Part shown: piece by piece, positions 17,444-27,437 of the stretch | Layout: the number at the start of each line of letters is the position of its first letter | How positions within the stretch are numbered: the stretch's first letter is position 1 | DNA from: Kiloniellaceae bacterium | GTDB taxonomy: Bacteria; Pseudomonadota; Alphaproteobacteria; Kiloniellales; J153 | Direction: 5' to 3' | NCBI GenBank assembly: GCA_021776175.1 | Contig: JAJFGJ010000016.1 | Coordinates: 10,107-74,106 of the forward strand | Length of the DNA stretch: 64,000 nt | Made by a program: the position numbers and the translations under genes | The notes under the pieces: model-generated | Seen by the model: the letters and a program-made list of their open reading frames with translations, nothing else | What the model was told of the DNA's origin: nothing | The model's database searches: none

Positions 17444-19033
17444 TCAGGAGAACCACCAACGCTCGGCATAGCGGCCACCGTCAAGTTCCCAGTTCGCCGC
17501 GACTTTGGGCCCGTGGGTAACCTTGTCGGACATGGCATAGACGTAGTTGGCGAAGCCCCAGGCAAGAACGCCGCCCTCGTCGCTCACAATCTGCTGCATC
17601 TCGCGATAAATTTCGGCGCGCTTCGTCGAGTCGAGCTCTCCCCGCCCCGAACGCAGCAGCATATTGAAACGTTCGTGGCTCCAGAAAGTATCGTTCCAGT
17701 TGGCCCCTTCCGCATAGGCGGTGGAGAACATCCAATCGCAGGTCGGGCGGCCGCCCCAGTAGCACATGGACCAGGGTTTTTTCATCCACACGTTCGACCA
17801 ATACCCGTCGTTCGGCTCGCGCACGACATTGATGTCGATGCCGGCGGGCGCCGCCTGCTCTTTCATCAAGACGGCCGCATCGACCGCCCCGGCGAAGGCC
17901 GCGTCCGCCGCCGAGAGATCGACCGAGAGCGAGCTTAGCCCCGCCTTCTTCAAATGGAACTTGGCCTTGTCGGGATCGTAGGCGCGCTGTTTCAGCTCGG
18001 CATGGAACGGGACCGAGGGCGCGATCGGCTGATCGTTGGCCAAAGTGCCATGCCCCTTGAGGATCTTATCCATGAGTTGCTCGCGGTTGACCGCATATTT
18101 AAGCGCCAGGCGCACATCGTTGTTGTCGAACGGCGCTTGTGTCGTGAGCATGGGCGCCGTGTAGTGGAGAAAGCCTGTCTCTTCCTCGACCCGAATGCCC
18201 GGACGGCGCGCCAAGAGGCCGACAGTCTTGAGATCGCAGCGGCTGATCACATCGACTTCGCCGGTCGCGACGGCATTCTGGCGAGCATTCACATCGGCGA
18301 TGACAAGCAATTCCAACTCGTCGAAGTGCGCCCGCCCGGCCTTCCAGTAGTTCGGGTTTCGCTTGAGTGTGGAGCGCACGCCCGGCTCGTGTGCCTCAAG
18401 AGTGTATCCGCCCGAGCCGATGTAGTTTTTCCAGTCGGCCTTGCCGTCGACTTCCGGCATTATCAAGAGGTGGTAATCGGCCATGAGATAGGGAAAATCG
18501 GCGTTCCCGGAGGCAAGCTCGAGAACCACCGTGTGGTCGCCGTCGGCCCTCATGTTCTCGATCGGATCGACGTTGGCCTTGGCCGCCGATTTAGAATCCT
18601 TGCCACGGTGATGATTGAGCGAGGCGATCACGTCACCGGCCGCCAGGGTCTTGCCGTTGGAGAACTCGACGCCCTTTCTGATCTTAAAGGTCCAGGTCGC
18701 GGCGTCCGCCGAGGCTTCCCAGCTTTCCACCAAGTCGCCAACGAGTTCGCCTTCGGGGTTGATTTCGGTCAGGGTGTTGTGGGTGGCGAAACCGACAGTG
18801 ATCATGTAGATGTCGGTATAGGACCCAGGGTCGAGGGAGTCCGTGGAGCCGCCTTCGGCGAGCCCGGCGCGCAGACGCCCGCCCTTCTTAGGCGCGGCTT
18901 GCGCGGGCCCGGACAGCAGGGATTGCGCCGCACCGGCCGTCAAACCGAGCGCCATGGCCCCTTTCAAGAAGCCGCGCCGGCCGATACGTCCCTCGATAAA
19001 CTGACGATGTAAAAAGTCAACATTGCTTGGCAT
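17444..19033 (-). CDS. ABC transporter substrate-binding protein, family 5, with Tat-type signal (orphan)
   Basis: 529-aa ORF with the twin-arginine leader GRRGFLKGAMALGLTAGAAQSLLSGPAQA. No adjacent permease or ATPase genes. Confidence 0.85.
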   Translation of the reverse strand: MPSNVDFLHRQFIEGRIGRRGFLKGAMALGLTAGAAQSLLSGPAQAAPKKGGRLRAGLAEGGSTDSLDPGSYTDIYMITVGFATHNTLTEINPEGELVGDLVESWEASADAATWTFKIRKGVEFSNGKTLAAGDVIASLNHHRGKDSKSAAKANVDPIENMRADGDHTVVLELASGNADFPYLMADYHLLIMPEVDGKADWKNYIGSGGYTLEAHEPGVRSTLKRNPNYWKAGRAHFDELELLVIADVNARQNAVATGEVDVISRCDLKTVGLLARRPGIRVEEETGFLHYTAPMLTTQAPFDNNDVRLALKYAVNREQLMDKILKGHGTLANDQPIAPSVPFHAELKQRAYDPDKAKFHLKKAGLSSLSVDLSAADAAFAGAVDAAVLMKEQAAPAGIDINVVREPNDGYWSNVWMKKPWSMCYWGGRPTCDWMFSTAYAEGANWNDTFWSHERFNMLLRSGRGELDSTKRAEIYREMQQIVSDEGGVLAWGFANYVYAMSDKVTHGPKVAANWELDGGRYAERWWFS

Positions 19034-19128
19034 GATTGTCTCCCGTTCATCAGTTCGTATTCAGTGGGCCATTATATGGCGCATCCTCACGATCCCAAGC
19101 CGAATATCGGCGATGAGGAATTAGATAG

Positions 19129-21132
19129 ATGACCCAGACAACGACTAACAATAGCGTCCGCGTTCTAGACGACCACTGGATTCCGCTTCGCGACGGCCGG
19201 CGGCTGGCGGCACGGCTGTGGCTTCCCGCCGACGCGGACCAACATCCCGCCCCCGCGATTCTGGAGTATCTGCCCTATCGCCGGCGCGATGGCACGGCGG
19301 CCCGCGACGACACCACCTATCCGGTGTTTTGCCGCGCCGGATACGCCGGTGTGCGCGTGGATATCGCCGGCAACGGCGATTCCGACGGCCATATGAGCGA
19401 CGAATACAGCGAAGACGAGTTGAGCATGGGCGAAGAGGTGATCGCCTGGATCGCCGCCCAAGCCTGGTGCTCGGGCGCGGTCGGCATGATCGGGATTTCC
19501 TGGGGCGGCTTTAACGCCCTGCAAATCGCCATGCGCCGCCCCAAGGCCTTGAAGGCCATCGTGACCGTCTGCTCGACCGTCGACCGCTACGCCGACGACA
19601 TCCATTATATGGGCGGCTGCCTTTTGCTCGATAACTTCACCTGGAGCGCCCAGATGACCGCCTACTCGACCCGCCCGCCCGACCCGGCGGTGCGCGGCGA
19701 CTGGCGCGAGGTTTGGATGGATCGCATGGAGCGCTTGCCCTTCCTGGCCGCCGAGTGGCTGCGCCACCCGCGCCGCGGCGCCTTCTGGAAACACGGCTCG
19801 GTCCGCGAGGATTGGGCGGCGATCGACTGCCCGGTCCTGGCCATGGGCGGCTGGGCCGATGCCTACTCCAACGCCCCCGCCGAATTGGCCGAACATCTCA
19901 AGGCGCCGGCCAAGGCACTGGTCGGACCCTGGGAGCACAAATACCCGCACCTCGCGCGCATCGGACCGGCGGCCGATTTTCTCGGCGAGGTTTTACGCTG
20001 GTTCGACCGCTGGCTTAAAGGCGAGCGAAACGGCGCCGACAGCCTGCCGGCCTACCGCGCCTATATTCAGGATCACGGCACCCCCAAGACCGCCTACGGC
20101 CCTAGACCGGGCCGCTGGATCGCGGAAAACTCATGGCCCTCGCCCAATATCGCCGTGCGCACGTTCCATTTATCGAAACAGGGCCTGTCCCAAGAGCCCG
20201 GCGCCGGCGCCGCCGATGTCGCCTCGCCGCAACATACCGGGATGACAGCCGGAAACTTTTGCCCCGGCATGCGGGTCGAGAACGAACTGGCGGACGATCA
20301 GCGCCAGGACGACGCACTGTCCTTGTGCTTCGACACGCCGCCGCTGCCGCAACCGCTCGAAATCCTGGGCGCGGCGGAAGTTGAGTTGGCTTTTTCCGTC
20401 GACAAACCCTTGGCGTTGCTCGCCTTGCGGCTCAACGATGTCGCCCCCGAAGGCGCCTCGACGCGGGTTACCTATCGGCCCATCAATTTGACCCACAGGG
20501 ATAGCCACGAAACGCCCGCGATGTTGGAACCGGGACAACAATACCAAGTCAAGGTTCGCTTGAACCATGCTGGCCATTGTTTCGCTAAAGGCCATAAAAT
20601 TCGGCTCGCGATCTCGAGCGGTTATTGGCCGATTGTCTGGCCTAGCCCGGAAGCCGCGCGGGTCACGCTCCACCTGGAATCCTGCCGCCTGCTGCTGCCG
20701 TGCCGCGACGCGCCGCGCGACAGCGCCCATGCCACGCCCGCCCCGCCGCGCGCCGTCACGGATCAGGCGGGCGAGACGGTGCGCGAGCGCGACAACAAGA
20801 CCTGGCGCGGCATGGGCGGCGACGGCACGCACGTGCTGCGGACCTTCGACGATTTCGGCGCCCGCCGGGACCCCCATCACGGCCTCGAAGCAGGCTCCAG
20901 CGTCGAACAGATATTTTCGATTCACCCCGGCGACCCCTTGTCCGCCCGCGCCGAGGCGCGCTGGTGTTTCACTCTTGGCCGTGGCCCATGGCGCACACGC
21001 ATCGAATCCGAGAACGAGATGACCTCGACAGCCCGGAATTTTAACCTGACGCGGCGTGTCAGGGCCTACGAGAACGACGCCCTGGTATTCGAGCGGGAGT
21101 GGCGCCAAGAGGTTCCCCGCGATTGCATGTGA
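19129..21132 (+). CDS. CocE/NonD family hydrolase (S15 X-Pro dipeptidyl-peptidase-like)
   Basis: 667-aa ORF. The N-terminal block IPLRDGRRLAARLWLP, LEYLPYRRRD and the nucleophile elbow GISWGG fit the CocE/NonD family. Confidence 0.85.
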   Translation: MTQTTTNNSVRVLDDHWIPLRDGRRLAARLWLPADADQHPAPAILEYLPYRRRDGTAARDDTTYPVFCRAGYAGVRVDIAGNGDSDGHMSDEYSEDELSMGEEVIAWIAAQAWCSGAVGMIGISWGGFNALQIAMRRPKALKAIVTVCSTVDRYADDIHYMGGCLLLDNFTWSAQMTAYSTRPPDPAVRGDWREVWMDRMERLPFLAAEWLRHPRRGAFWKHGSVREDWAAIDCPVLAMGGWADAYSNAPAELAEHLKAPAKALVGPWEHKYPHLARIGPAADFLGEVLRWFDRWLKGERNGADSLPAYRAYIQDHGTPKTAYGPRPGRWIAENSWPSPNIAVRTFHLSKQGLSQEPGAGAADVASPQHTGMTAGNFCPGMRVENELADDQRQDDALSLCFDTPPLPQPLEILGAAEVELAFSVDKPLALLALRLNDVAPEGASTRVTYRPINLTHRDSHETPAMLEPGQQYQVKVRLNHAGHCFAKGHKIRLAISSGYWPIVWPSPEAARVTLHLESCRLLLPCRDAPRDSAHATPAPPRAVTDQAGETVRERDNKTWRGMGGDGTHVLRTFDDFGARRDPHHGLEAGSSVEQIFSIHPGDPLSARAEARWCFTLGRGPWRTRIESENEMTSTARNFNLTRRVRAYENDALVFEREWRQEVPRDCM

Positions 21133-21172
21133 TAGGGATAGATCCAGATCCCGCGCGGATTTCTTTTTCGCG

Positions 21173-22639
21173 ATGGAGAAGATTTCGGGAATGATAAGGG
21201 TCCGGGCCGTGCCCTCCCGCCTCCAGGCGGCAAGTCTCCTTGCCGCCGTACTTGGCGCCATCCCCATGGGCGGCGCCCTTGCGCACACATCGCAGCGCGC
21301 GCTGGTGATGCTGCTGCCGACGACGCACTACCTGATTGGGAGCGCGATTGCCGTTGCCGTCACCTTCGCGGTCTTGGGTTTCCTGCCGGCGCGCATCTTG
21401 GGCCGCTTTATTGGGCGCGAGACCCAAGCGCCTGCCAAGATAGCGCCCCAGCGTGAGAATTGGCGCCGAACCACCGTGAGCGGGATTTCATTTTTCGTTT
21501 TCGCGTTCTTGATTTACGCCGGTTTCGCCGGCAGCCGCGATCCCCTGGCTAACCCCCTGCCCTTGACGATTTGGACTCTGGGATGGGTCGGATTGACGCT
21601 GGCCCACGCGTTCCTGGGGAATGTATGGAATTGGATCAATCCCTGGAGCGGCCCGTACCGGGTTTTGCTCCAGGCCTTGAAGCCCTTCGCTTGGCGAGGT
21701 CCGCTTTTCCGCCTACCGGAAAGCCTTGGCCATGGCTTCGCGATCCTCGGCCTGTTCGCCTTCGGCTGGTTCGAATTGGCCGCCCTGGCCCCCGACGATC
21801 CCGAAAGGTTGGCCTGGGCCGCGGCGATCTACTGGTCGATCAATTTCGCCGCCATGTTGGTGTTTGGAGAAGCGGATTGGCGCGCGAGGGGGGAGTGTTT
21901 CTCCGTCTTTTTTCGCTTCGTCTCTCTCTTGGCGCCCTTCGCGCGCACTCGCGGCGGGCGGATTGTCCCAGCGGTTCCGGGCGCCCGCCTGCTGGCCGAG
22001 GCGAGCCCCTCTCCCAGCGCGGTTCTTTTTATCGTGCTGGCTCTGGCGATTGTCTCCTTCGATGGCTTGAACAAGACATTCTGGTATCTGGACCTGATCG
22101 GCATAAACCCGCTAGCGTTTCCGGGCCGCTCCGCGGTCATGCTGCCCAACACCTTGGGCTTGATACTCATGTTCGGCGCTCTGGCGGGGCTATTTTTCTT
22201 TTGCGCCGCCGCCGGGGCGCGCGGCGCCGGAGGCAAGGACCCTTGGGCCGGAACCGGCAAGCTCGCGCTGGCCTTGTTGCCCATCTCCCTCGCCTATCAC
22301 TTTTCCCATTATGTGACAGTGCTGATGATCAATTCGCAATACGCGCTCGCGGCCGCGAGCGATCCGCTCGGCACGGGCCTGGACCTCCTGGGGCTGGGGG
22401 ATTTTCACGTAACCGTATCCTTCCTCAACGACTACCACGCGGTCAAAATTCTTTGGAACCTGGTCGCGGGGGTCATCGTCGCCGGCCATCTCTGGGCCGT
22501 TGTCCTATCCCATGTCATCGCAATCCGCCTGCATGGCTCACCGCGCCGCGCCGGGGTATCCCAGGTTCCCCTGGCCGCGATGATGGTGGCCTACACGGTC
22601 TTTGGCCTCTGGTTGTTGTCGACACCGACGGGCGCCTGA
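21173..22639 (+). CDS. hypothetical polytopic membrane protein
   Basis: Track ORF 21056..22639 trimmed to the first ATG that does not overlap the upstream gene. An alternative ATG lies at 21191. More than 10 hydrophobic segments. Family not recognised. Confidence 0.6.
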   Translation: MEKISGMIRVRAVPSRLQAASLLAAVLGAIPMGGALAHTSQRALVMLLPTTHYLIGSAIAVAVTFAVLGFLPARILGRFIGRETQAPAKIAPQRENWRRTTVSGISFFVFAFLIYAGFAGSRDPLANPLPLTIWTLGWVGLTLAHAFLGNVWNWINPWSGPYRVLLQALKPFAWRGPLFRLPESLGHGFAILGLFAFGWFELAALAPDDPERLAWAAAIYWSINFAAMLVFGEADWRARGECFSVFFRFVSLLAPFARTRGGRIVPAVPGARLLAEASPSPSAVLFIVLALAIVSFDGLNKTFWYLDLIGINPLAFPGRSAVMLPNTLGLILMFGALAGLFFFCAAAGARGAGGKDPWAGTGKLALALLPISLAYHFSHYVTVLMINSQYALAAASDPLGTGLDLLGLGDFHVTVSFLNDYHAVKILWNLVAGVIVAGHLWAVVLSHVIAIRLHGSPRRAGVSQVPLAAMMVAYTVFGLWLLSTPTGA

Positions 22640-22749
22640 CCGCCAAGTCGATTTCGCTGGATTCGGAGTCCCGCGGGGCACTAACATATTGTGGAAGCTG
22701 GAAATGTTTCTTCGCGGGAAGCTAATAAGACATTCTGGGAGGTCGAGAC

Positions 22750-24066
22750 GTGGTTGATCTGGTGAAGCCAAAGCGGAAGAAACAGACGAAACAAGCGCGC
22801 GGCGTTTCGCGGCGCACGGCCCTGAGCGGGCTCGGCGGTGCCGCGGCTTTGGGCATTTTGCCGGGCTTCACACGCTATGCGCAGGCGCAGTCCTCGGCCC
22901 CGATCAAGATTGGCTTTCAGGTTCACCGCACCGGCATCGGCGCCGCTTACGGGCGTTGGTACGATCGAACAACCAAGGCGGCGGCCAAGCTCATCAACGA
23001 ATCGGGCGGCATCAATGGACGCCCGGTCGAGATCGTCACCGAGGACGATGGCACGGATCCCAAACGCGGTGCCGAAGTGGTCGAGAAATTCGCCACTCAA
23101 CACGGCGCGGACGTGGCCTTCGGCACCCTGTTCAGCCATGTGGTCATCGGTTCCGCGCCCCGCGCCGGGGAATTGAAAATCCCTTATTTCGTGGTCAGCG
23201 AGGGACATCATGTCGCCTCCGGCATGCTGAACCGCTACACCCTGCAGCCCTGCATCACGGACGTTAAGAGCCAGGTCCAGTCCATGGCGCCCTGGGTCGC
23301 CTCCAATCTGGGCAAGAAGGTGACCATGATTTATCCGGACTTCGCGTTCGGCCACGATCATCGGGACTATTTCTCGGCCGCCATGGCGGCACAGGGCGGC
23401 GAGGTGATCGGCAAGATCGCGGTTCCCCCGACCGAGAGTTCGTACTTTAAATACTTCCCCAAGATTCCGCGCGGCACCGAGGTTCTCTACCACGTCATGG
23501 TCGGCCCCGGCGTGTTGACCTTCGTCAAGGAAATGGGCGAGTTTTTTGGCGACCAAAGACCGGAGATATTCGGCTTCATTGACTCACTGGAAGCCGTGAG
23601 TATCAACAGCCCCGGACTGGAATTCCTGGAGGGCAGCTATTTTTGGGAAGCCAATCCGCGCTATGCCCAAGCCGCCTCGACTAAGTTCGACGCCTTCTAT
23701 CGCGCCAAGGTGGGGGTGGACGCATCCGGCGCCAGCATCGACGACCCCAAGGACATTTCGACCTACTCTCACATGTTCGGCTGTTGGGAGACGCTGCACT
23801 TCATTAAACAGGGCATGGAGTCGGCCGGATACCGGGGGCCGGGCGACCGCGCCAAGCTGATCGAGGCGGTGGAAGACATCGCCGCCATGGCGGAGAGCCA
23901 GGCGCATCCGCAGGGCGCCAAGATCTTTAACGGCAAGACCCATCAGGTCTTCGGGCACCAGTACATTTCGCAAGTCGGGGACGGCAAGCTCAACGTCGTG
24001 CATAAAACCGCGATCGAGGACGGTTTTTATAAGGACGAAGTCGATTACACCTCACAGCCGCTTTAA
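22750..24066 (+). CDS. Liv-type (type I periplasmic binding fold) ABC substrate-binding protein
   Basis: 438-aa ORF with the signal SRRTALSGLGGAAALGIL. The block IKIGFQVHRTGIGAAYG is typical of LivJ/amide-urea-type binding proteins. Confidence 0.85.
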   Translation: MVDLVKPKRKKQTKQARGVSRRTALSGLGGAAALGILPGFTRYAQAQSSAPIKIGFQVHRTGIGAAYGRWYDRTTKAAAKLINESGGINGRPVEIVTEDDGTDPKRGAEVVEKFATQHGADVAFGTLFSHVVIGSAPRAGELKIPYFVVSEGHHVASGMLNRYTLQPCITDVKSQVQSMAPWVASNLGKKVTMIYPDFAFGHDHRDYFSAAMAAQGGEVIGKIAVPPTESSYFKYFPKIPRGTEVLYHVMVGPGVLTFVKEMGEFFGDQRPEIFGFIDSLEAVSINSPGLEFLEGSYFWEANPRYAQAASTKFDAFYRAKVGVDASGASIDDPKDISTYSHMFGCWETLHFIKQGMESAGYRGPGDRAKLIEAVEDIAAMAESQAHPQGAKIFNGKTHQVFGHQYISQVGDGKLNVVHKTAIEDGFYKDEVDYTSQPL

Positions 24067-24079
24067 GTAAGCGAGCCGC

Positions 24080-24125
24080 CCGGGATGGAGGACAGAAGCC
24101 TCGATCCCGGTTCCCTTTTCTGATT
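24080..24125 (+). terminator. Stem-loop plus T-rich tract between the binding-protein and permease genes (possible attenuator)
   Basis: CCGGGAT (24080-24086) pairs with ATCCCGG (24104-24110). The T-rich tract ttcccttttctgattttctg follows. Confidence 0.4.
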
Positions 24126-24150
24126 TTCTGCCTTTCAGGGGACAACCGGG

Positions 24151-25032
24151 TTGGATTTCGGTCCCTATTTGTTGCTAGCCACCCTTGAAGGCGCCGTGGG
24201 CGCGGCGGTTCTGGCGCTTACGGCCTTGGGCCTGGCGCTCGTCTTCGGGGTCATGCGGATCGTCAACGTCGCCCACGGCGCGTTCTTCATGCTGGGCGCC
24301 ATTATCGCCTGGTGGGTCGCGGATAGGCTTGGCGTCGGTTCCGCGCTCAACTTTCTGGCCGCCTTGATTATCGCCCCCCTGGCGGTCGGCGCCGTGGCCG
24401 TGGTGGCGGAGCGTTCGGTTCTACGGCGGCTTAACTACAACCCCGAAAGCACCATCGTCGCCACCATCGGTTTACTTTATGTCATCGAGCAGGTCGCGCT
24501 GATGACCTATGGCCCCGATGCCAGACCGGTGGTGGCGCCTTGGGATTTCCGCATTCAACTGCCTTGGTTCGGTTATTCCGGCTACAAGATTTTGGTGATC
24601 GGGGCGTCCATCGCCATCCTGCTGGCGGTTTGGTGGGGCCTGACCCGGACCCGGATCGGACTCATGATGCGCGCGACGCAGTTCGATAGCGAAACCGCGC
24701 GTGCCTTCGCGATCCCCGTCGACCTGGTTTATGGCGGCGTCTTCGCCTTCGGCGCCATGTTGGCGGCGGTCGGAGCGGTACTGGTGGTGCCGATTCAACA
24801 GGCGCATTACCTCATGGGGACCGACCCGCTGCTTCTATCCTTTATCGTCGTCATCGTCGGCGGTTTGGGCAGCCTGCGAGGAACCGTGCTCGCCGCCGTT
24901 ATCATCGGACTTAGCGACGGCATCATATCGGTCTTCTTCACTCCGACCCTGGCCAAGATTATCGCCACCCTTGCCGTCGCCACGATTCTGATCGTCCGGC
25001 CGCGGGGCTTGTTCGGCACGCGGCCCACATGA
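24151..25032 (+). CDS. branched-chain-amino-acid-type ABC permease (LivH-like)
   Basis: 293-aa polytopic ORF of the LivH family. Non-ATG (TTG) start as given in the track. Confidence 0.85.
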   Translation: MDFGPYLLLATLEGAVGAAVLALTALGLALVFGVMRIVNVAHGAFFMLGAIIAWWVADRLGVGSALNFLAALIIAPLAVGAVAVVAERSVLRRLNYNPESTIVATIGLLYVIEQVALMTYGPDARPVVAPWDFRIQLPWFGYSGYKILVIGASIAILLAVWWGLTRTRIGLMMRATQFDSETARAFAIPVDLVYGGVFAFGAMLAAVGAVLVVPIQQAHYLMGTDPLLLSFIVVIVGGLGSLRGTVLAAVIIGLSDGIISVFFTPTLAKIIATLAVATILIVRPRGLFGTRPT

Positions 25033-25979
25033 GATCGCTGCGGGTCAACAAGGCGGTCACGCTTCATCTAGGCGCGATCGGCGTTCTGTTCGCGCTGCAG
25101 TTCGTCCTGCCCGATTACCACCACGTGAACCTGGCCAGGGTCATGGTCCTGGCGGGCTTCGCCATGGCCTACAATATCTCCTTCGGCTACACGGGGCTTT
25201 TGAGCCTTGGCCATGCCATGTTTTTCGCGGCCGGGCTTTACGCGGCCGGCCTCATGGCCAGGTTCGCCGGCGTCGGCGCGGAGGGCGGCCTAATCCTCGG
25301 CGTTATCGCCGGCTTGGCGATGGCGGTTGCCGTTGGTCTCCTGGCGCTACGAACGACGGGCGTTTCCTTTATGATCGTCACGCTCATGTTCGCGCAGGCG
25401 GCGTTTCTGACCATATTCTATTTCGGAGAATACACGCGCGGGGACGAGGGGTTCATTATCCCCTCCGGCCTTCGCACTCTGTTTGGATTTTCCCTGGTCG
25501 AGCCGGCGACGCGATATTTGGTGGCGCTGAGCTTGTTCGCCCTTTGCGTGGCGGTCAGCCATGGCATTGCCCGCTCGTCCGTGGGGCGGGTTCTGGCCGC
25601 CATTCGCGAGAACGAGGAGCGGACCCGAATGCTGGGCTACAACGTCTTTCTCTACAAGCTTGCGGCCTTGGCGATCTCGGGTGCGATGTCCGGCGCGGCC
25701 GGCGCCGCTTACGGATTCCTCTTCGGCTACGTCGGCGCGACCTTCGCCTCGATCCAGTATTCCATTTTCCCGCTGCTCTGGGTTTTGATGGGCGGCGCCG
25801 CGACGGTCCTTGGGCCCTTCGCCGGTACCTTGCTGATGTTCTACCTGGTGGACATCAGCAGCGCCTATACCTCCGCCAACATGCTGATCGTCGGCCTGGC
25901 GTTGATCGGGCTGATCCTGTTTTTTCCCAAGGGGATCCTGGGGACCATCCGTGAGCGGGCGGCGCCATGGCTGCCGTGA
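25029..25979 (+). CDS. branched-chain-amino-acid-type ABC permease (LivM-like)
   Basis: 316-aa polytopic ORF with a 4-nt overlap with the upstream gene. Confidence 0.85.
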   Translation: MRSLRVNKAVTLHLGAIGVLFALQFVLPDYHHVNLARVMVLAGFAMAYNISFGYTGLLSLGHAMFFAAGLYAAGLMARFAGVGAEGGLILGVIAGLAMAVAVGLLALRTTGVSFMIVTLMFAQAAFLTIFYFGEYTRGDEGFIIPSGLRTLFGFSLVEPATRYLVALSLFALCVAVSHGIARSSVGRVLAAIRENEERTRMLGYNVFLYKLAALAISGAMSGAAGAAYGFLFGYVGATFASIQYSIFPLLWVLMGGAATVLGPFAGTLLMFYLVDISSAYTSANMLIVGLALIGLILFFPKGILGTIRERAAPWLP

Positions 25980-26701
25980 CCCTGCTTTCCACCCTGAACC
26001 TGTCGAAGCGTTTCGGCGGCTTGCAGGCCGTGGACGGGGTGGATTTCACTTTTTTAGAAGGCGAGATTCGCGCGCTCATCGGCCCGAACGGGGCCGGGAA
26101 GACGACCTTCGTCAATCTTCTATCGGGGCGTATTCCACCGACCGAGGGGCGGATCGTCTTCGCTGGAGAGGACGTAACCCGGCTCCCTGCCCACGCCCGC
26201 GTGAATCGCGGGATCGCATACACCTTCCAGATCACCAGCATTTTCGCCGCCATGTCCGCATTGGAAAACGTGAAGCTTTCCGCCCAGCGGCGGCTGTCGA
26301 AAGGAGTCTTCGGCCCGGACCCGGAACTGCTGGAGCGCGTGGCGATGAGCGCGCTGGAGCGGGTCGGGCTCGCGGACCGGCACGGCGAGATCGCGGGGAA
26401 CCTGAGCTACGGCCACCAGCGGCTGCTGGAAGTCGCCCTGGGGCTTGGCCTGGAGCCGAAACTTTTGATCCTCGACGAGCCCACTCAAGGCCTTACGGAC
26501 CAGGAGATTGGCGTGTTCGTCGACTTGGTGAGGGAGATCGCGCGCCAGGCTTCGGTTCTGTTGATCGAACACAACATGGACGTGGTGATGGGGCTCGCGG
26601 ACAGTATCACGGTACTGGATAGGGGCCGTATCCTGGCGCAAGGGGCGCCGGACGAAATTCGCCGCGACGAGGCGGTGAGACGCGCATATCTGGGTGCGTG
26701 A
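25967..26701 (+). CDS. ABC transporter ATP-binding protein (LivG-like)
   Basis: Walker A GPNGAGKTT, signature LSYGHQRLLE, Walker B LLILDEP. Confidence 0.9.
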   Translation: MAAVTLLSTLNLSKRFGGLQAVDGVDFTFLEGEIRALIGPNGAGKTTFVNLLSGRIPPTEGRIVFAGEDVTRLPAHARVNRGIAYTFQITSIFAAMSALENVKLSAQRRLSKGVFGPDPELLERVAMSALERVGLADRHGEIAGNLSYGHQRLLEVALGLGLEPKLLILDEPTQGLTDQEIGVFVDLVREIARQASVLLIEHNMDVVMGLADSITVLDRGRILAQGAPDEIRRDEAVRRAYLGA

Positions 26702-27402
26702 TGCTAAAGGTGGAAAACATAAACAGCTTCTATGACCGTACCCAGGTGTTGCGGGATTTCTCGCTCTCGGCCGAGGCCGGCCGGGTCCTCTGTGTCATGG
26801 GGCGTAACGGCGCCGGCAAGACAACCGTGCTAAAGTCCATCATGGGCCTGATTCGCCCACATAGTGGACGGGTAATCATCGATGGCACCGATATCGCCCC
26901 GCTTCAGGCCGAGGAAGCGCCCCGCCATGGAATTGGCTATGTTCCGCAGGGACGCCGGCTATTTTCAGAGCTCTCGGTGGCGGACAATATCGAGATCGGC
27001 CTCATGGCGCGCGGATCGGGCCAGGACGTTCGAGAGCGCGTGCTGGATTTTTTCCCGGTGCTAAGGGAGAGGTTCTACCAACGCGCCGGCACCTTGTCCG
27101 GCGGTGAACAACAGATGCTGGCGATCGCGCGGGCGCTTTGCCTCGATCCTTGCGTCCTGCTCTTGGATGAACCGACGGAAGGCTTGATGCCCGCCATGAT
27201 CGCGCGCATCGGGGAAGTGGTGCTAAAGTTGAAAAGCCATGGCGTCGCCGTGATCCTGGTCGAGCAGCGCGTGGACGCGGTTCTGCGAATCGCCGATCGA
27301 GTGCTGTTCGTGGAAAACGGCCGCAGCCGCGAGACCGTCGAGGCCGAGGTCTTGCGCAAGACGCCGGAAATGCTAGAGCGTTACCTGGGTGTCGGCCAGT
27401 GA
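26698..27402 (+). CDS. ABC transporter ATP-binding protein (LivF-like)
   Basis: Walker A GRNGAGKTT, signature LSGGEQQML, Walker B LLLDEP. Confidence 0.9.
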   Translation: MMLKVENINSFYDRTQVLRDFSLSAEAGRVLCVMGRNGAGKTTVLKSIMGLIRPHSGRVIIDGTDIAPLQAEEAPRHGIGYVPQGRRLFSELSVADNIEIGLMARGSGQDVRERVLDFFPVLRERFYQRAGTLSGGEQQMLAIARALCLDPCVLLLDEPTEGLMPAMIARIGEVVLKLKSHGVAVILVEQRVDAVLRIADRVLFVENGRSRETVEAEVLRKTPEMLERYLGVGQ

Positions 27403-27437
27403 CGGCTTTACGAAACTAAGATCAAGGAGGCGTAATC

